64,000 bases of DNA from Dehalococcoidia bacterium (GTDB lineage: Bacteria > Chloroflexota > Dehalococcoidia > Lucifugimonadales > UBA1123): the NCBI GenBank assembly GCA_965232905.1, contig OZ247432.1, positions 95,668 to 159,667 on the forward strand. The letters are read 5' to 3'. Of the stretch, positions 9,573 to 17,692 are shown in pieces. Numbering within the stretch: the first letter of the stretch is position 1; each line of letters opens with the position of its first letter. The position numbers and the translations under genes were made by a program. Below the pieces are notes generated by a model that did no database searches, was not told the DNA's origin, and was given only the letters and a program-made list of their open reading frames with translations.

Positions 9573-12053
9573 ATGGCTGACTATGACCCTCTGGACCTTA
9601 GCGAGCACAGGAATGGAGGTCTGGACGCACTCGAACGAGGGGCCACGGCCGAGATCGGCCCGAGGCACTTCAGGGGACTCCCATTCGACATAGGTAGCGA
9701 TCCCAGTAGTTGCTTCGTATCGCTTGAAGGCGAAAACGAATCGGTAACGATCCCCGTAGGTCGCTCTGCCCACAGGGTCATCTTCGCTCACAGGCTTGTG
9801 ACCACAGAGATGGTCGATGGAGGCCCGGTTGGCGTGCATGTCGCCGATTATGTCTTCACGCTTGCGAATGGCGAGAAACACGCCGTGCCGATCAGGGAGC
9901 GCTTCGAGATTAGCGCTGTGCCCATGGACTCGTTTCAGGGCGGTGCTGGACTTCCATTCCTGGCCGTTACGGACGGCAAGCACGAGTTGTTCCATCGTAC
10001 CGTTGGTCCCTGGCAGGAGATCGGGCGTCGACAGACCGAGTATCTCCAGGCCACGGCTAAGAGCTACTTCCTGTGGACTTGGTCGAACCCTGAGCCGGGC
10101 GTAGCTATCGAGTCAATTCAGATCGTTCCCAAGGGCCCCGCGTTCGTGGTGGCGGGAGTCACGCTCGGTCACGTCGATGAGCATCCGTTTGCGCGCCAGG
10201 GGCGTCGCGAGGCCAGGATCACCATTACCGACCCGGTGCTGTCAGCCACGCCGTTCGATGTCGATGTCGAAATTGACAGGGGGGACTCGACATACGCGTT
10301 CCCCCTGCCCAAGGACCCTGACGAGGGCTTCGTCTCCGGGTATCACAGGGGATTCGGCGAGGAGCCCAACAAACAGGCGAGTCCTTCGTACGCAGAGATC
10401 TCGGCAGTGCCGTCGGCGACCGTGTCGATCAAGCAGAATGGCGAAACCGTCGGGCAGGTCCCATGGGGAGAGGTCGAGGAGAAGGGTAAGGCTGAGACTC
10501 CCAGGGTCCGTGTGGAGCTGGCAGACCCCGGCCGCAACTGGGTGAAGGTCACAGTCGTGGACGACGACACCGGCAGGCCCGTGCCGTGCCGGGTGCACTT
10601 CAGGTCGCCGGACGGGATCCCGTACCAGCCGCACGGTCATCACAACCAGGTGAACTCCAACCTGGAGACGTGGCACATCGACATCGGCGGCGATGTGCGC
10701 ATGGGGCAGATTACCTACGCGTACATCGACGGCAGGTGCGAGGGCTGGCTACCGCGCGGCGACGTGATCGTAGACGTTGCACGCGGCTTCGAGTACGAGC
10801 CGCTGCGTACCAAGGTGCGGATAGAGCCCGGCCAGCAGAGGCTGGAGCTGCGCATCAAGCGCTGGACGGACATGAATGCCCGTCGCTGGTACAGCGGAGA
10901 CTCGCACGTACACTTTCTCTCAACCCAGGGGGCGCACCTCGAATCAAGGGGCGAGGACCTCAACGTGGTCAATCTGCTGCAGGCGCAGTGGGGCAGCCTG
11001 TTCACAAACACCGAGGACTTCACAGGCAGGGCCAGTGTTCTCCAGAGCGGCAACAACATCGTCTATGTCTCGCAGGAGAACCGGCAGCACTTCATGGGGC
11101 ACATGATCCTGTGGGGGCTGAAGGAGCCTGTGATGCCCTGGTCCTCGGATGGGCCGAGCGAGGCAGAGATCGGCGGTCACATGGAGACCACCATGGCGCA
11201 CTGGGCCGATGAAGCGCACGCGCAGGGAGCGTGGGTCATCAATCCGCACTTCCCGAGTCCCAACGGCGAACCGGCAGCACTTGTCGCGACAGGGCGACTC
11301 GACGGCGTGGAGATGCTTCGCCAGGCGCGCCCGAACCACATGGAGTACTATCGCTACCTCAACTGCGGATACCGCCTGCCGCTTGTCGGAGGGACGGACA
11401 AGATGAGCAGCGACGTTCCTGTCGGGCTGTACCGCACGTACGCTCGGCTGCCGGACGAGCAGGAGTTCTCCTACGAAAACTGGTGCCGCTCGGTAGCGGC
11501 CGGCAGGACGTTCCTGAGTGGCGGACCGATAATCCACCTGTCGGTCGACGGCAGGGAGGTCGGTGACACTCTGGCCATCTCAGGGCCAGGAACTGTTGAA
11601 GTCGAGGCGTGGGCTGAGAGCGTGCTGCCAGTCTTCTCGCTGGAGATCGTGCAGAACGGCCGGGTAGTCGCGAGGACAGACAGTCGCGGAGGCGCTCGGC
11701 GGCTCGAGTTACGCGAGAAGATCAGGGTCGACGGCCACTCGTGGATCGCAGCTCGTACAGGAGCTTACGACTACTTCGACATCATCCAGCACCACGACGT
11801 CTGGAACAGAGGCGTCTTCGCGCACACGTCGCCGGTGTACGTGGCCTGCGGCGGCGAGTGGGACATGTTCGACCCTGCGACCGCTCAGTACATGCTGACG
11901 CTGATCGAGGGCGATCTGGCCTACATCGAGCAGACCGCCGGGGTGCGGCCGGTTGGATCGGTCACTCACCGCCACGGCGAACACGATCACCTGGCCTATC
12001 TGCAACGGCCGTTCCTCGAGGCCAGGGACGCGATACTCAGCAGGATGAAGTAG
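9573..12053 (+). CDS. large cytoplasmic metallohydrolase, C-terminal PHP/CehA-McbA-like domain with uncharacterised N-terminal half
   Basis: 826 aa with no signal peptide. WYSGDSHVHFLSTQGAHLE ... NPHFPSP ... LVGGTDKMS resemble PHP-type metal ligand blocks. The first roughly 430 aa have no motif I recognise. SD is GGAGAGGTG. Confidence 0.55.
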   Translation: MADYDPLDLSEHRNGGLDALERGATAEIGPRHFRGLPFDIGSDPSSCFVSLEGENESVTIPVGRSAHRVIFAHRLVTTEMVDGGPVGVHVADYVFTLANGEKHAVPIRERFEISAVPMDSFQGGAGLPFLAVTDGKHELFHRTVGPWQEIGRRQTEYLQATAKSYFLWTWSNPEPGVAIESIQIVPKGPAFVVAGVTLGHVDEHPFARQGRREARITITDPVLSATPFDVDVEIDRGDSTYAFPLPKDPDEGFVSGYHRGFGEEPNKQASPSYAEISAVPSATVSIKQNGETVGQVPWGEVEEKGKAETPRVRVELADPGRNWVKVTVVDDDTGRPVPCRVHFRSPDGIPYQPHGHHNQVNSNLETWHIDIGGDVRMGQITYAYIDGRCEGWLPRGDVIVDVARGFEYEPLRTKVRIEPGQQRLELRIKRWTDMNARRWYSGDSHVHFLSTQGAHLESRGEDLNVVNLLQAQWGSLFTNTEDFTGRASVLQSGNNIVYVSQENRQHFMGHMILWGLKEPVMPWSSDGPSEAEIGGHMETTMAHWADEAHAQGAWVINPHFPSPNGEPAALVATGRLDGVEMLRQARPNHMEYYRYLNCGYRLPLVGGTDKMSSDVPVGLYRTYARLPDEQEFSYENWCRSVAAGRTFLSGGPIIHLSVDGREVGDTLAISGPGTVEVEAWAESVLPVFSLEIVQNGRVVARTDSRGGARRLELREKIRVDGHSWIAARTGAYDYFDIIQHHDVWNRGVFAHTSPVYVACGGEWDMFDPATAQYMLTLIEGDLAYIEQTAGVRPVGSVTHRHGEHDHLAYLQRPFLEARDAILSRMK

Positions 12054-12059
12054 TGTGAA

Positions 12060-12090
12060 GTGGCCCCTCGCTTCGATAGCAAGGGGCCAC
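12060..12090. terminator. bidirectional stem-loop between convergent genes
   Basis: GTGGCCCCT (12060..12068) pairs perfectly with AGGGGCCAC (12082..12090). The stem is 9 bp and the loop 13 nt. It sits 7 nt after the stop of the 826-aa gene. No clear U-tract. Confidence 0.5.
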
Positions 12091-12122
12091 TCACGTCCAC
12101 TGTGAGCTTTCCTGGAGCGGCG

Positions 12123-14102
12123 TCAGCGTCCCGCAGCGACCGCTGCGTCAATCGCGTATATCGCGCCGTTCACTGACGTGAAGTGCACGACGCCGTCCGA
12201 CACCGTGTATGTACGGACACCTGAGAAGAACCCCTTGTTGAATCCCCAGAGTGGCTCGCCCGTCAGTGCGTCGAGCGCGAGCAGGTAGCCATCTGACGAT
12301 TCCAGGTGGAGGATTCCATTCGCGACCTCCAGGGATTGCAGCATGTTGTCCCCAAGGCCCAGGGACCAGCGGACATCTCCGGTCTGCTGGTCAAGGCGGT
12401 AGAGTATCCCGAACTCCGACGCTACGAAAACCGCGCCTTCAGTGACAACCGGGGCAGTTCCGGCCATTGAGTCCAGCTCAAAAGTCCAGGCCTGCTCACC
12501 GGTCGCTGCGTCCAGCCCGTATATGTGAAGGTCAGGGGCGAGGAAGTACATGCCTCCATCTATCACCGGGGTGAAGCCGCGGGCGGGGAACATTCCGGTG
12601 CTGAACTTCCACAGCTCCTCGCCGGTCTCGAGGTCGAGCGCATAGGCCGAGTTCACTGCCGTAACGTAAACGACATCTCCGACTACCACGGGAGGAGTGT
12701 CTGTTCCCACTTCGCCCCGGAAGCTCCAGACGGACTCCCCAGTCTGAGCGTTCAGGGCCTGGAGTCCGCCCTGATCGTCGATCGTGAGCAGCGTGTCGCC
12801 TGCAAGCGCCGCTCCGATCCCGAACTCCCAGCCGGTGTCGAAGGGATAGTACTCGGACGAGACCCAGAGCTCGGCGCCGTTTGCGGCGTCGAGGGCGTGC
12901 ATCTTGCGTCCACCTTCCATGATCGTCGGCACATAGACGGTGCCGTCGCCCGCGAGTGGAGCGTACTGGACCGGGCTACCTGTGTCGTGCTGCCACAGGA
13001 GGTCTCCGGTTGCCGCGTCCAGGGCGTACAGCATGTTGTCGTTTGAGCCGACGTACACCTTGCCGTCAGATACGACGGCTGGCGACCTCACAACGTCGCC
13101 TGTCTCGAATGTCCAGATAGGCGATCCGTTTTCGGCGTCAAGTGCGTACACGTTGCGATCGTCCGCTCCGACATATACCACACCGTCCGAAATGGTAGGC
13201 GCATTCATTGCCCATCCCGGCGCACCGAACTGCCAGAGTGTGGCCTCGATGGGGAGAGGAGGATGCTCGCTGGGCGGCGGCCCAGTCATCCCGCCAGGAG
13301 GCGGAGCGCCCATGGAAGGAGGAGCACACATCTCGATGCCCATGGCAAAGTCCATGAATGCCTGGTTGGGCATCTGGCCCGACGCGGGATCCTGTAGTGC
13401 GGCGCCTAACACTTCGCCGATGTCCGTGTTGGCAAGCAGCTCCTCGATGCACTCCCTGGCTTCCGGTGGGACTTCACCCTGACCGGCATCGCCCAGCAGC
13501 ACTTCGTTCACCGTCAGCGAGAACATCATCGCTCCGGGCAGGGCCATCGCGGTGTCGGGACTCAGGCAGCCTATCACTGCTGGAGCCCATGCTGGCTCCT
13601 CGGGCGATATTGGCTTCGCAAATATGTCCTGCAACTGGTCTTTGCCCAGGTCTGCATCCAGGCAGTCCTGCTCAGTTGCTGAAAGCTGCTTGAACAGGTC
13701 ACCCCAGACTATCGCGACAGAGTCCGTATCTGGCTGTGTCTGTGTCGGCTGGGCTGGCGTCGGAACGGCTGCTGGTGCCTGGGGCGTCGGAGAAGAAATA
13801 GCCGTCGCCGGAGCGCGGGTGGGTCTGGGCGCAGGAATAGGGGTGCTTGGGGCCATGGTAGGTGCCACCGTCGGGGGCGGGAGAGACGCGGTTGGGGCTG
13901 GAAGTGGGGCCTCACGGGAGACCGGGGGCGCCGTTTCGATTGGAACAGCGGTAGGAGCCGCCGCAGGCGAGGCGGGCTGTTGAGGTGGCGGAGGTGGCTG
14001 CTCTTCCGCACAGGCCACCATGAGCCACACAAGGATGAGCAGCGCCACGCCTGGACCTGCTGTCCAGCGGAAAGGCCTGAATGCCGAGGGACCGATCCTC
14101 AT
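12123..14102 (-). CDS. exported PQQ-like (BamB-type) beta-propeller repeat protein with Pro/Ala-rich tether
   Basis: Start re-assigned to ATG 14102..14100, giving MRIGPSAFRPF...LILVWLMVACAEE (signal peptide plus lipobox). The C-terminal roughly 400 aa are repeated G.VYV....G.LYALDA.TGE..W blades. The ORF-track 837-aa version runs through the divergent promoter into the opposite-strand gene. Confidence 0.8.
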   Translation of the reverse strand: MRIGPSAFRPFRWTAGPGVALLILVWLMVACAEEQPPPPPQQPASPAAAPTAVPIETAPPVSREAPLPAPTASLPPPTVAPTMAPSTPIPAPRPTRAPATAISSPTPQAPAAVPTPAQPTQTQPDTDSVAIVWGDLFKQLSATEQDCLDADLGKDQLQDIFAKPISPEEPAWAPAVIGCLSPDTAMALPGAMMFSLTVNEVLLGDAGQGEVPPEARECIEELLANTDIGEVLGAALQDPASGQMPNQAFMDFAMGIEMCAPPSMGAPPPGGMTGPPPSEHPPLPIEATLWQFGAPGWAMNAPTISDGVVYVGADDRNVYALDAENGSPIWTFETGDVVRSPAVVSDGKVYVGSNDNMLYALDAATGDLLWQHDTGSPVQYAPLAGDGTVYVPTIMEGGRKMHALDAANGAELWVSSEYYPFDTGWEFGIGAALAGDTLLTIDDQGGLQALNAQTGESVWSFRGEVGTDTPPVVVGDVVYVTAVNSAYALDLETGEELWKFSTGMFPARGFTPVIDGGMYFLAPDLHIYGLDAATGEQAWTFELDSMAGTAPVVTEGAVFVASEFGILYRLDQQTGDVRWSLGLGDNMLQSLEVANGILHLESSDGYLLALDALTGEPLWGFNKGFFSGVRTYTVSDGVVHFTSVNGAIYAIDAAVAAGR

Positions 14103-14224
14103 AGTGACTGACTCCTGACAGGGCTTTTGATTAATTCTAGGTCTAGGTCTTTGTTTAGTCATTGGGTTATTTGGTTCTATACGCAGAGATTGAATAACGC
14201 GGATTGTGGAGGCTTCCTGGCGGG

Positions 14225-14252
14225 TTGTCCTGCTCTCTCTATCCTGTACAAT
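14225..14252 (+). promoter_or_regulatory. candidate sigma70-type promoter for the PEP carboxylase gene
   Basis: TTGTCC (14225..14230), a 16-nt spacer, then TACAAT (14247..14252). It is followed by a leader hairpin TGTAACG/CGTTACA (14283..14304) abutting the GGGGG SD. Confidence 0.3.
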
Positions 14253-14315
14253 CAAACCCGATAAAAACTGCTGCCGAACGTGTGTAACGCACAGCATCGT
14301 TACAGGGGGTGTGTC

Positions 14316-15791
14316 ATGGCCTTGATTCCCAAAGTGATGAGTACCCAACACCCGGACAACGCCACCCCGGCGCCATTCGCCGACGACCTGGGTGTGCTGA
14401 AAGGGGACGGGGAGGTCGATGAGGCGGTGGACGTTTTCGCCCTGGGTTGCGACGAGCAGATGTGGGACTCGGAGGGGAAAGAGGCGGACAACCAAGTCGT
14501 ACGTAAGCTGCTCACCGGATACCCCGACTTCTTCCAGGAGAAGGCCCAGCTCGGCCTCGACGTTGCCCTTACGCTGCGGGTGCCGAATCCGCGGGTGGAG
14601 CAGGACATGCGCAAGTCGATGGTTGAGGCCCTCCACAGCGTGTCATCTTCCTGGGACATGGCGCAGGGCTTCTACGGCGACGGTCACGTAGCTCCCATCC
14701 AGGAGGTGATCCTTCCGCTCACGACATCCGCCGAAGAGATCGCGATGGTTGAGGCCTACTACCGAAACGTGATCGTGGGCCAGGAAAACCAGACGGTGCT
14801 CTACGGGCAGTCGGTCAAGGACTGGGTTGGAGAGTTCTACCCAAAGACGATCCGGGTGATTCCGCTCATAGAGGACATGGAGCACCTGTTTTACTGCGAC
14901 CGCATCGTAGAGGAGTACCTGCACGACCGCGACCTGCCCTACCAGCGGGTGTTCCTGGCGAGAAGCGACCCGGCCCTCAACTACGGAATGGTGGCCGCTG
15001 AACTCATCCTGAAGGTGGGGCTGCTCCGGCTGCACAATCTCGAAGTGAAGCTGGGCCTGCCTTTGTATCCGATAATCGGGGCGGGATCCGTCCCGTTCCG
15101 CGGTCACCTGGGCCCCGTGAATGTCGAACGCTCCCTGCAGGAGTATCCCAGCGCCCAGACCTTCACCGTGCAGTCGGCGTTCAAGTACGACTATGACCGG
15201 GAAACCGTCAGCCAAGGCATACAGAAGATTCTGGACCATAAGCGGACAGAGCCCACTTTCATCGATCAGGACCGCGCCAGGGAGATTATCGACAAGTCCA
15301 CCGACGAGTACCAGGCGCGCGTGCAGGAGATGACCGATGTCATCCGGACTATCTCGTCCCATGTCCCCAGGCGACGCGAACGCAAGATGCACGTCGGCCT
15401 GTTCGGCTACGGACGTTCTCTCGGCGGAGTTGGAGGAGTTACTCTACCGAGGGCAATCGGCTTCGCGGCCTCGCTGTACTCGATTGGAGTGCCGCCGGAG
15501 CTGTTGGGGCTGGCCTGTCTGACTGAAGACGACCTGAGCTTCATTCGTGAGGTGTATCCAAACCTGGATGGGGACCTGCGCGCAGCCCTACGATTTACAA
15601 ATGAGCGGCACGTGAGGGAATTGCTTGGTGACCCGTACATGAGCCTGGTCGGTCAGTTCACTGACGAGATAGATCGAGTGCACGAGGGACTCACCAGCGC
15701 GATCTGGGCTAGTGTTGGACAAGAAGACGCCACGATGAACGTCTTCCATTACGTAGAAGAGGCTGCCCACCTGCGACGGTTCCTCGGCTAG
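14316..15791 (+). CDS. archaeal-type phosphoenolpyruvate carboxylase (PepcA family)
   Basis: Start moved to ATG 14316. MALIPKVMSTQHPDNA is the hallmark N-terminus of the roughly 500-aa archaeal-type PEPC. At 491 aa, the length fits. Confidence 0.8.
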   Translation: MALIPKVMSTQHPDNATPAPFADDLGVLKGDGEVDEAVDVFALGCDEQMWDSEGKEADNQVVRKLLTGYPDFFQEKAQLGLDVALTLRVPNPRVEQDMRKSMVEALHSVSSSWDMAQGFYGDGHVAPIQEVILPLTTSAEEIAMVEAYYRNVIVGQENQTVLYGQSVKDWVGEFYPKTIRVIPLIEDMEHLFYCDRIVEEYLHDRDLPYQRVFLARSDPALNYGMVAAELILKVGLLRLHNLEVKLGLPLYPIIGAGSVPFRGHLGPVNVERSLQEYPSAQTFTVQSAFKYDYDRETVSQGIQKILDHKRTEPTFIDQDRAREIIDKSTDEYQARVQEMTDVIRTISSHVPRRRERKMHVGLFGYGRSLGGVGGVTLPRAIGFAASLYSIGVPPELLGLACLTEDDLSFIREVYPNLDGDLRAALRFTNERHVRELLGDPYMSLVGQFTDEIDRVHEGLTSAIWASVGQEDATMNVFHYVEEAAHLRRFLG

Positions 15792-15831
15792 CGAGCCCCT
15801 GCTGGAAGGGTGCTAAGGCCTGCGGCGAAGA

Positions 15832-16392
15832 TCAGGCGGGGGTCACCAGCTCCCGCTGGCTGAGATCGATACGTTCGACGCCATTCTCTATCTGCTCGGC
15901 GACCAGAAGGCAGATGTGCTCGTAGGGTGCGTCGGTATCGGCCGTGAAGTGCCCGGGCCAGACCTTCGCCCGCTTGGCCTCTGGTGTTCCCCACCACATG
16001 CTCCAGTGGTTGCGAGGCGGCTCCTCGTCGAGCAGCAGATTGTGAATGGCGAAGAAAGTGCAGCCGTCGTAGGTCTCTCCAGCCCATCCGTTGCGGGCTG
16101 TAATGGAGCAGGCCTTGTGTAGCACGCCGGCGTTCACGCCCTCTGCGAACTTGACCTCGAGCCGTCCGCCATCGGCCCGTCTCACTAGTATGTAGCGCGT
16201 GTAGTGGTGTCCCTGATCGCTCGTCCTTATGAAGGGGCCGGCGACTTCATAGTCCTGACGGCTGATCTGGAGGTATCCGCGGTCATCTTCGCTGAACATG
16301 CTCATGTCCACCTGTCTGGCCTGTGGGTCCCCTTGCTCTTGTCCTCTGTTAATCTTCAGGGCACTTTGAGTGTCAAGCACATTATAGAGCAT
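15832..16392 (-). CDS. hypothetical protein (no recognisable family)
   Basis: 186-aa ORF. Internal ATGs at 16305 or 16299 (MSMFSED...), preceded by GGTGG, are alternative starts. The sequence looks globular, with no TM segment or signal peptide. Confidence 0.5.
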   Translation of the reverse strand: MLYNVLDTQSALKINRGQEQGDPQARQVDMSMFSEDDRGYLQISRQDYEVAGPFIRTSDQGHHYTRYILVRRADGGRLEVKFAEGVNAGVLHKACSITARNGWAGETYDGCTFFAIHNLLLDEEPPRNHWSMWWGTPEAKRAKVWPGHFTADTDAPYEHICLLVAEQIENGVERIDLSQRELVTPA

Positions 16393-16654
16393 CTGTCAAC
16401 GGAAATCTATCAACTCTAACAATGTGACTGTGATTTTACACCAATATAAGACACTGCATAGCACTTTGCCTGTATGTTGTTCCGGCTAGAGTTCACCGGG
16501 ATGCGGTCCGATTGCTGGCCTCTTTGTATCGCAACAATCAGTCCCGACGAATAGAGAACGGCCACCGACTCAGCCCTCCCGTACTACGGCTGCTCCTACT
16601 GCGCCTGTCGCCGACTATTGTGTACTATTCGGAAAAAGATCGGGAGGATTCTCT

Positions 16655-17020
16655 ATGAATTGGAAGCAGAGCGAGTCCGAGGACGTCATCAGGACGGCTG
16701 GAATTCACGATGGAGATGGAGTCATAACGCGCCGGAGGTTCTTCCTGGAGGAGACGCGCCTCCCCGTGCGCATCGAAGTATGGGAACTGCCGCCAGGGGC
16801 GAGCGAGGGATCTCACATTCATGAAGGCGAGAACACGCTGGAGGAGTTCTACTACTTCCTCTCCGGCCAGGGGGTTATGTGGATGGGAGAGGAGGAGTTA
16901 TCTGTAGGGCCGGGAGACGCCGTGATGGCGCCTCCCGGTGTAGACCATGGATTTCGTACCGTAGGGGACGAGACCCTGAAGCTGGTAATAGCGTGGGGCA
17001 AGCCCCTCGATAGCGTTTAG
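16655..17020 (+). CDS. cupin-domain protein
   Basis: 121 aa. GSHIHEGENTLEEFYYFLSGQG ... GDAVMAPPGVDHGFRT are cupin motifs 1 and 2. A GGGAGG SD lies 8 nt upstream. Confidence 0.8.
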   Translation: MNWKQSESEDVIRTAGIHDGDGVITRRRFFLEETRLPVRIEVWELPPGASEGSHIHEGENTLEEFYYFLSGQGVMWMGEEELSVGPGDAVMAPPGVDHGFRTVGDETLKLVIAWGKPLDSV

Positions 17021-17034
17021 TCCGGCGACCTGAC

Positions 17035-17553
17035 CTAGATTCCCAGTACCCAGTAGATGAGCAGGATGACGATGAAAGAGGGAATGGAGGCGATGAGGAT
17101 GACGAAGAACGCACGCCACGTCGATGAGAAATCCAGGCTCTGCCTGATTGCTACCACCATGGCTGCCAGCTGCCAGATGAACGACAGCACCAGAACAATT
17201 CCGCCGACAACAGGGATGAACACCAAAATGTTCAGAATTCCTGGCGACTGGGCAAAGCCTGTGCATCGTGCAACCTGGCCCCAGTCGGCTTCTGTGCTCG
17301 CAGTCTTGAGTATCGTCGTCCCAACCAGAAGGGCCAGGAGAGCCCAGATGACCCATCCGACGAGTCCTCGTATCACTCCGAACAGCAGTCCATCCAGGAT
17401 GGTGGAATCGCCGCTCAGTATGCCGCCTATGCCGCTGGCGATTGCAACTATTACCACGACGAGCAGCGCCTGAATCATGGCGCCGCTATCGCGCTCGACC
17501 TCCTCGTAGGTGTCGGAACTCAACCGGGCTGCGCCCAACATTCTTCCTATCAT
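17035..17553 (-). CDS. Yip1-domain integral membrane protein
   Basis: 172 aa. N-terminal YEEVERDSGAMIQALLVVV followed by about 5 TM helices, the typical Yip1/YIF layout. Confidence 0.65.
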   Translation of the reverse strand: MIGRMLGAARLSSDTYEEVERDSGAMIQALLVVVIVAIASGIGGILSGDSTILDGLLFGVIRGLVGWVIWALLALLVGTTILKTASTEADWGQVARCTGFAQSPGILNILVFIPVVGGIVLVLSFIWQLAAMVVAIRQSLDFSSTWRAFFVILIASIPSFIVILLIYWVLGI

Positions 17554-17663
17554 CGGTTAGCCCTCCTCTTATGATCCACGGGTCTGCCTCGGAAGGGGGC
17601 GGTGTGCCCCCACGCTCAGATATGGTAGCGCATGTGACGGATTTTAGGTAAATGTTGGGCCGA

Positions 17664-17681
17664 CGTTACCATTCGGTAACG
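17664..17681 (-). terminator. short stem-loop just downstream of the kinase gene
   Basis: CGTTACC / GGTAACG forms a 7-bp stem with a 4-nt loop, 12 nt past the stop at 17693. A second GGGGGC/GCCCCC hairpin lies about 50 nt further on. No U-tract. Confidence 0.3.
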
Positions 17682-17692
17682 CGAAGACCGAC

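Noticed and set aside
9528-9995. 155-aa minus-strand ORF overlapping the start of the 826-aa gene.
   Set aside because: It is entirely antisense to a strongly supported gene (good SD, long ORF) and has no recognisable motif.
14103-14636. N-terminal 178 codons of the 837-aa ORF-track model for the PQQ-propeller gene.
   Set aside because: The extension has no protein-like features and crosses the AT-rich divergent promoter. It also overlaps the well-supported PEP carboxylase gene on the other strand. ATG 14102 gives a canonical lipoprotein signal peptide.
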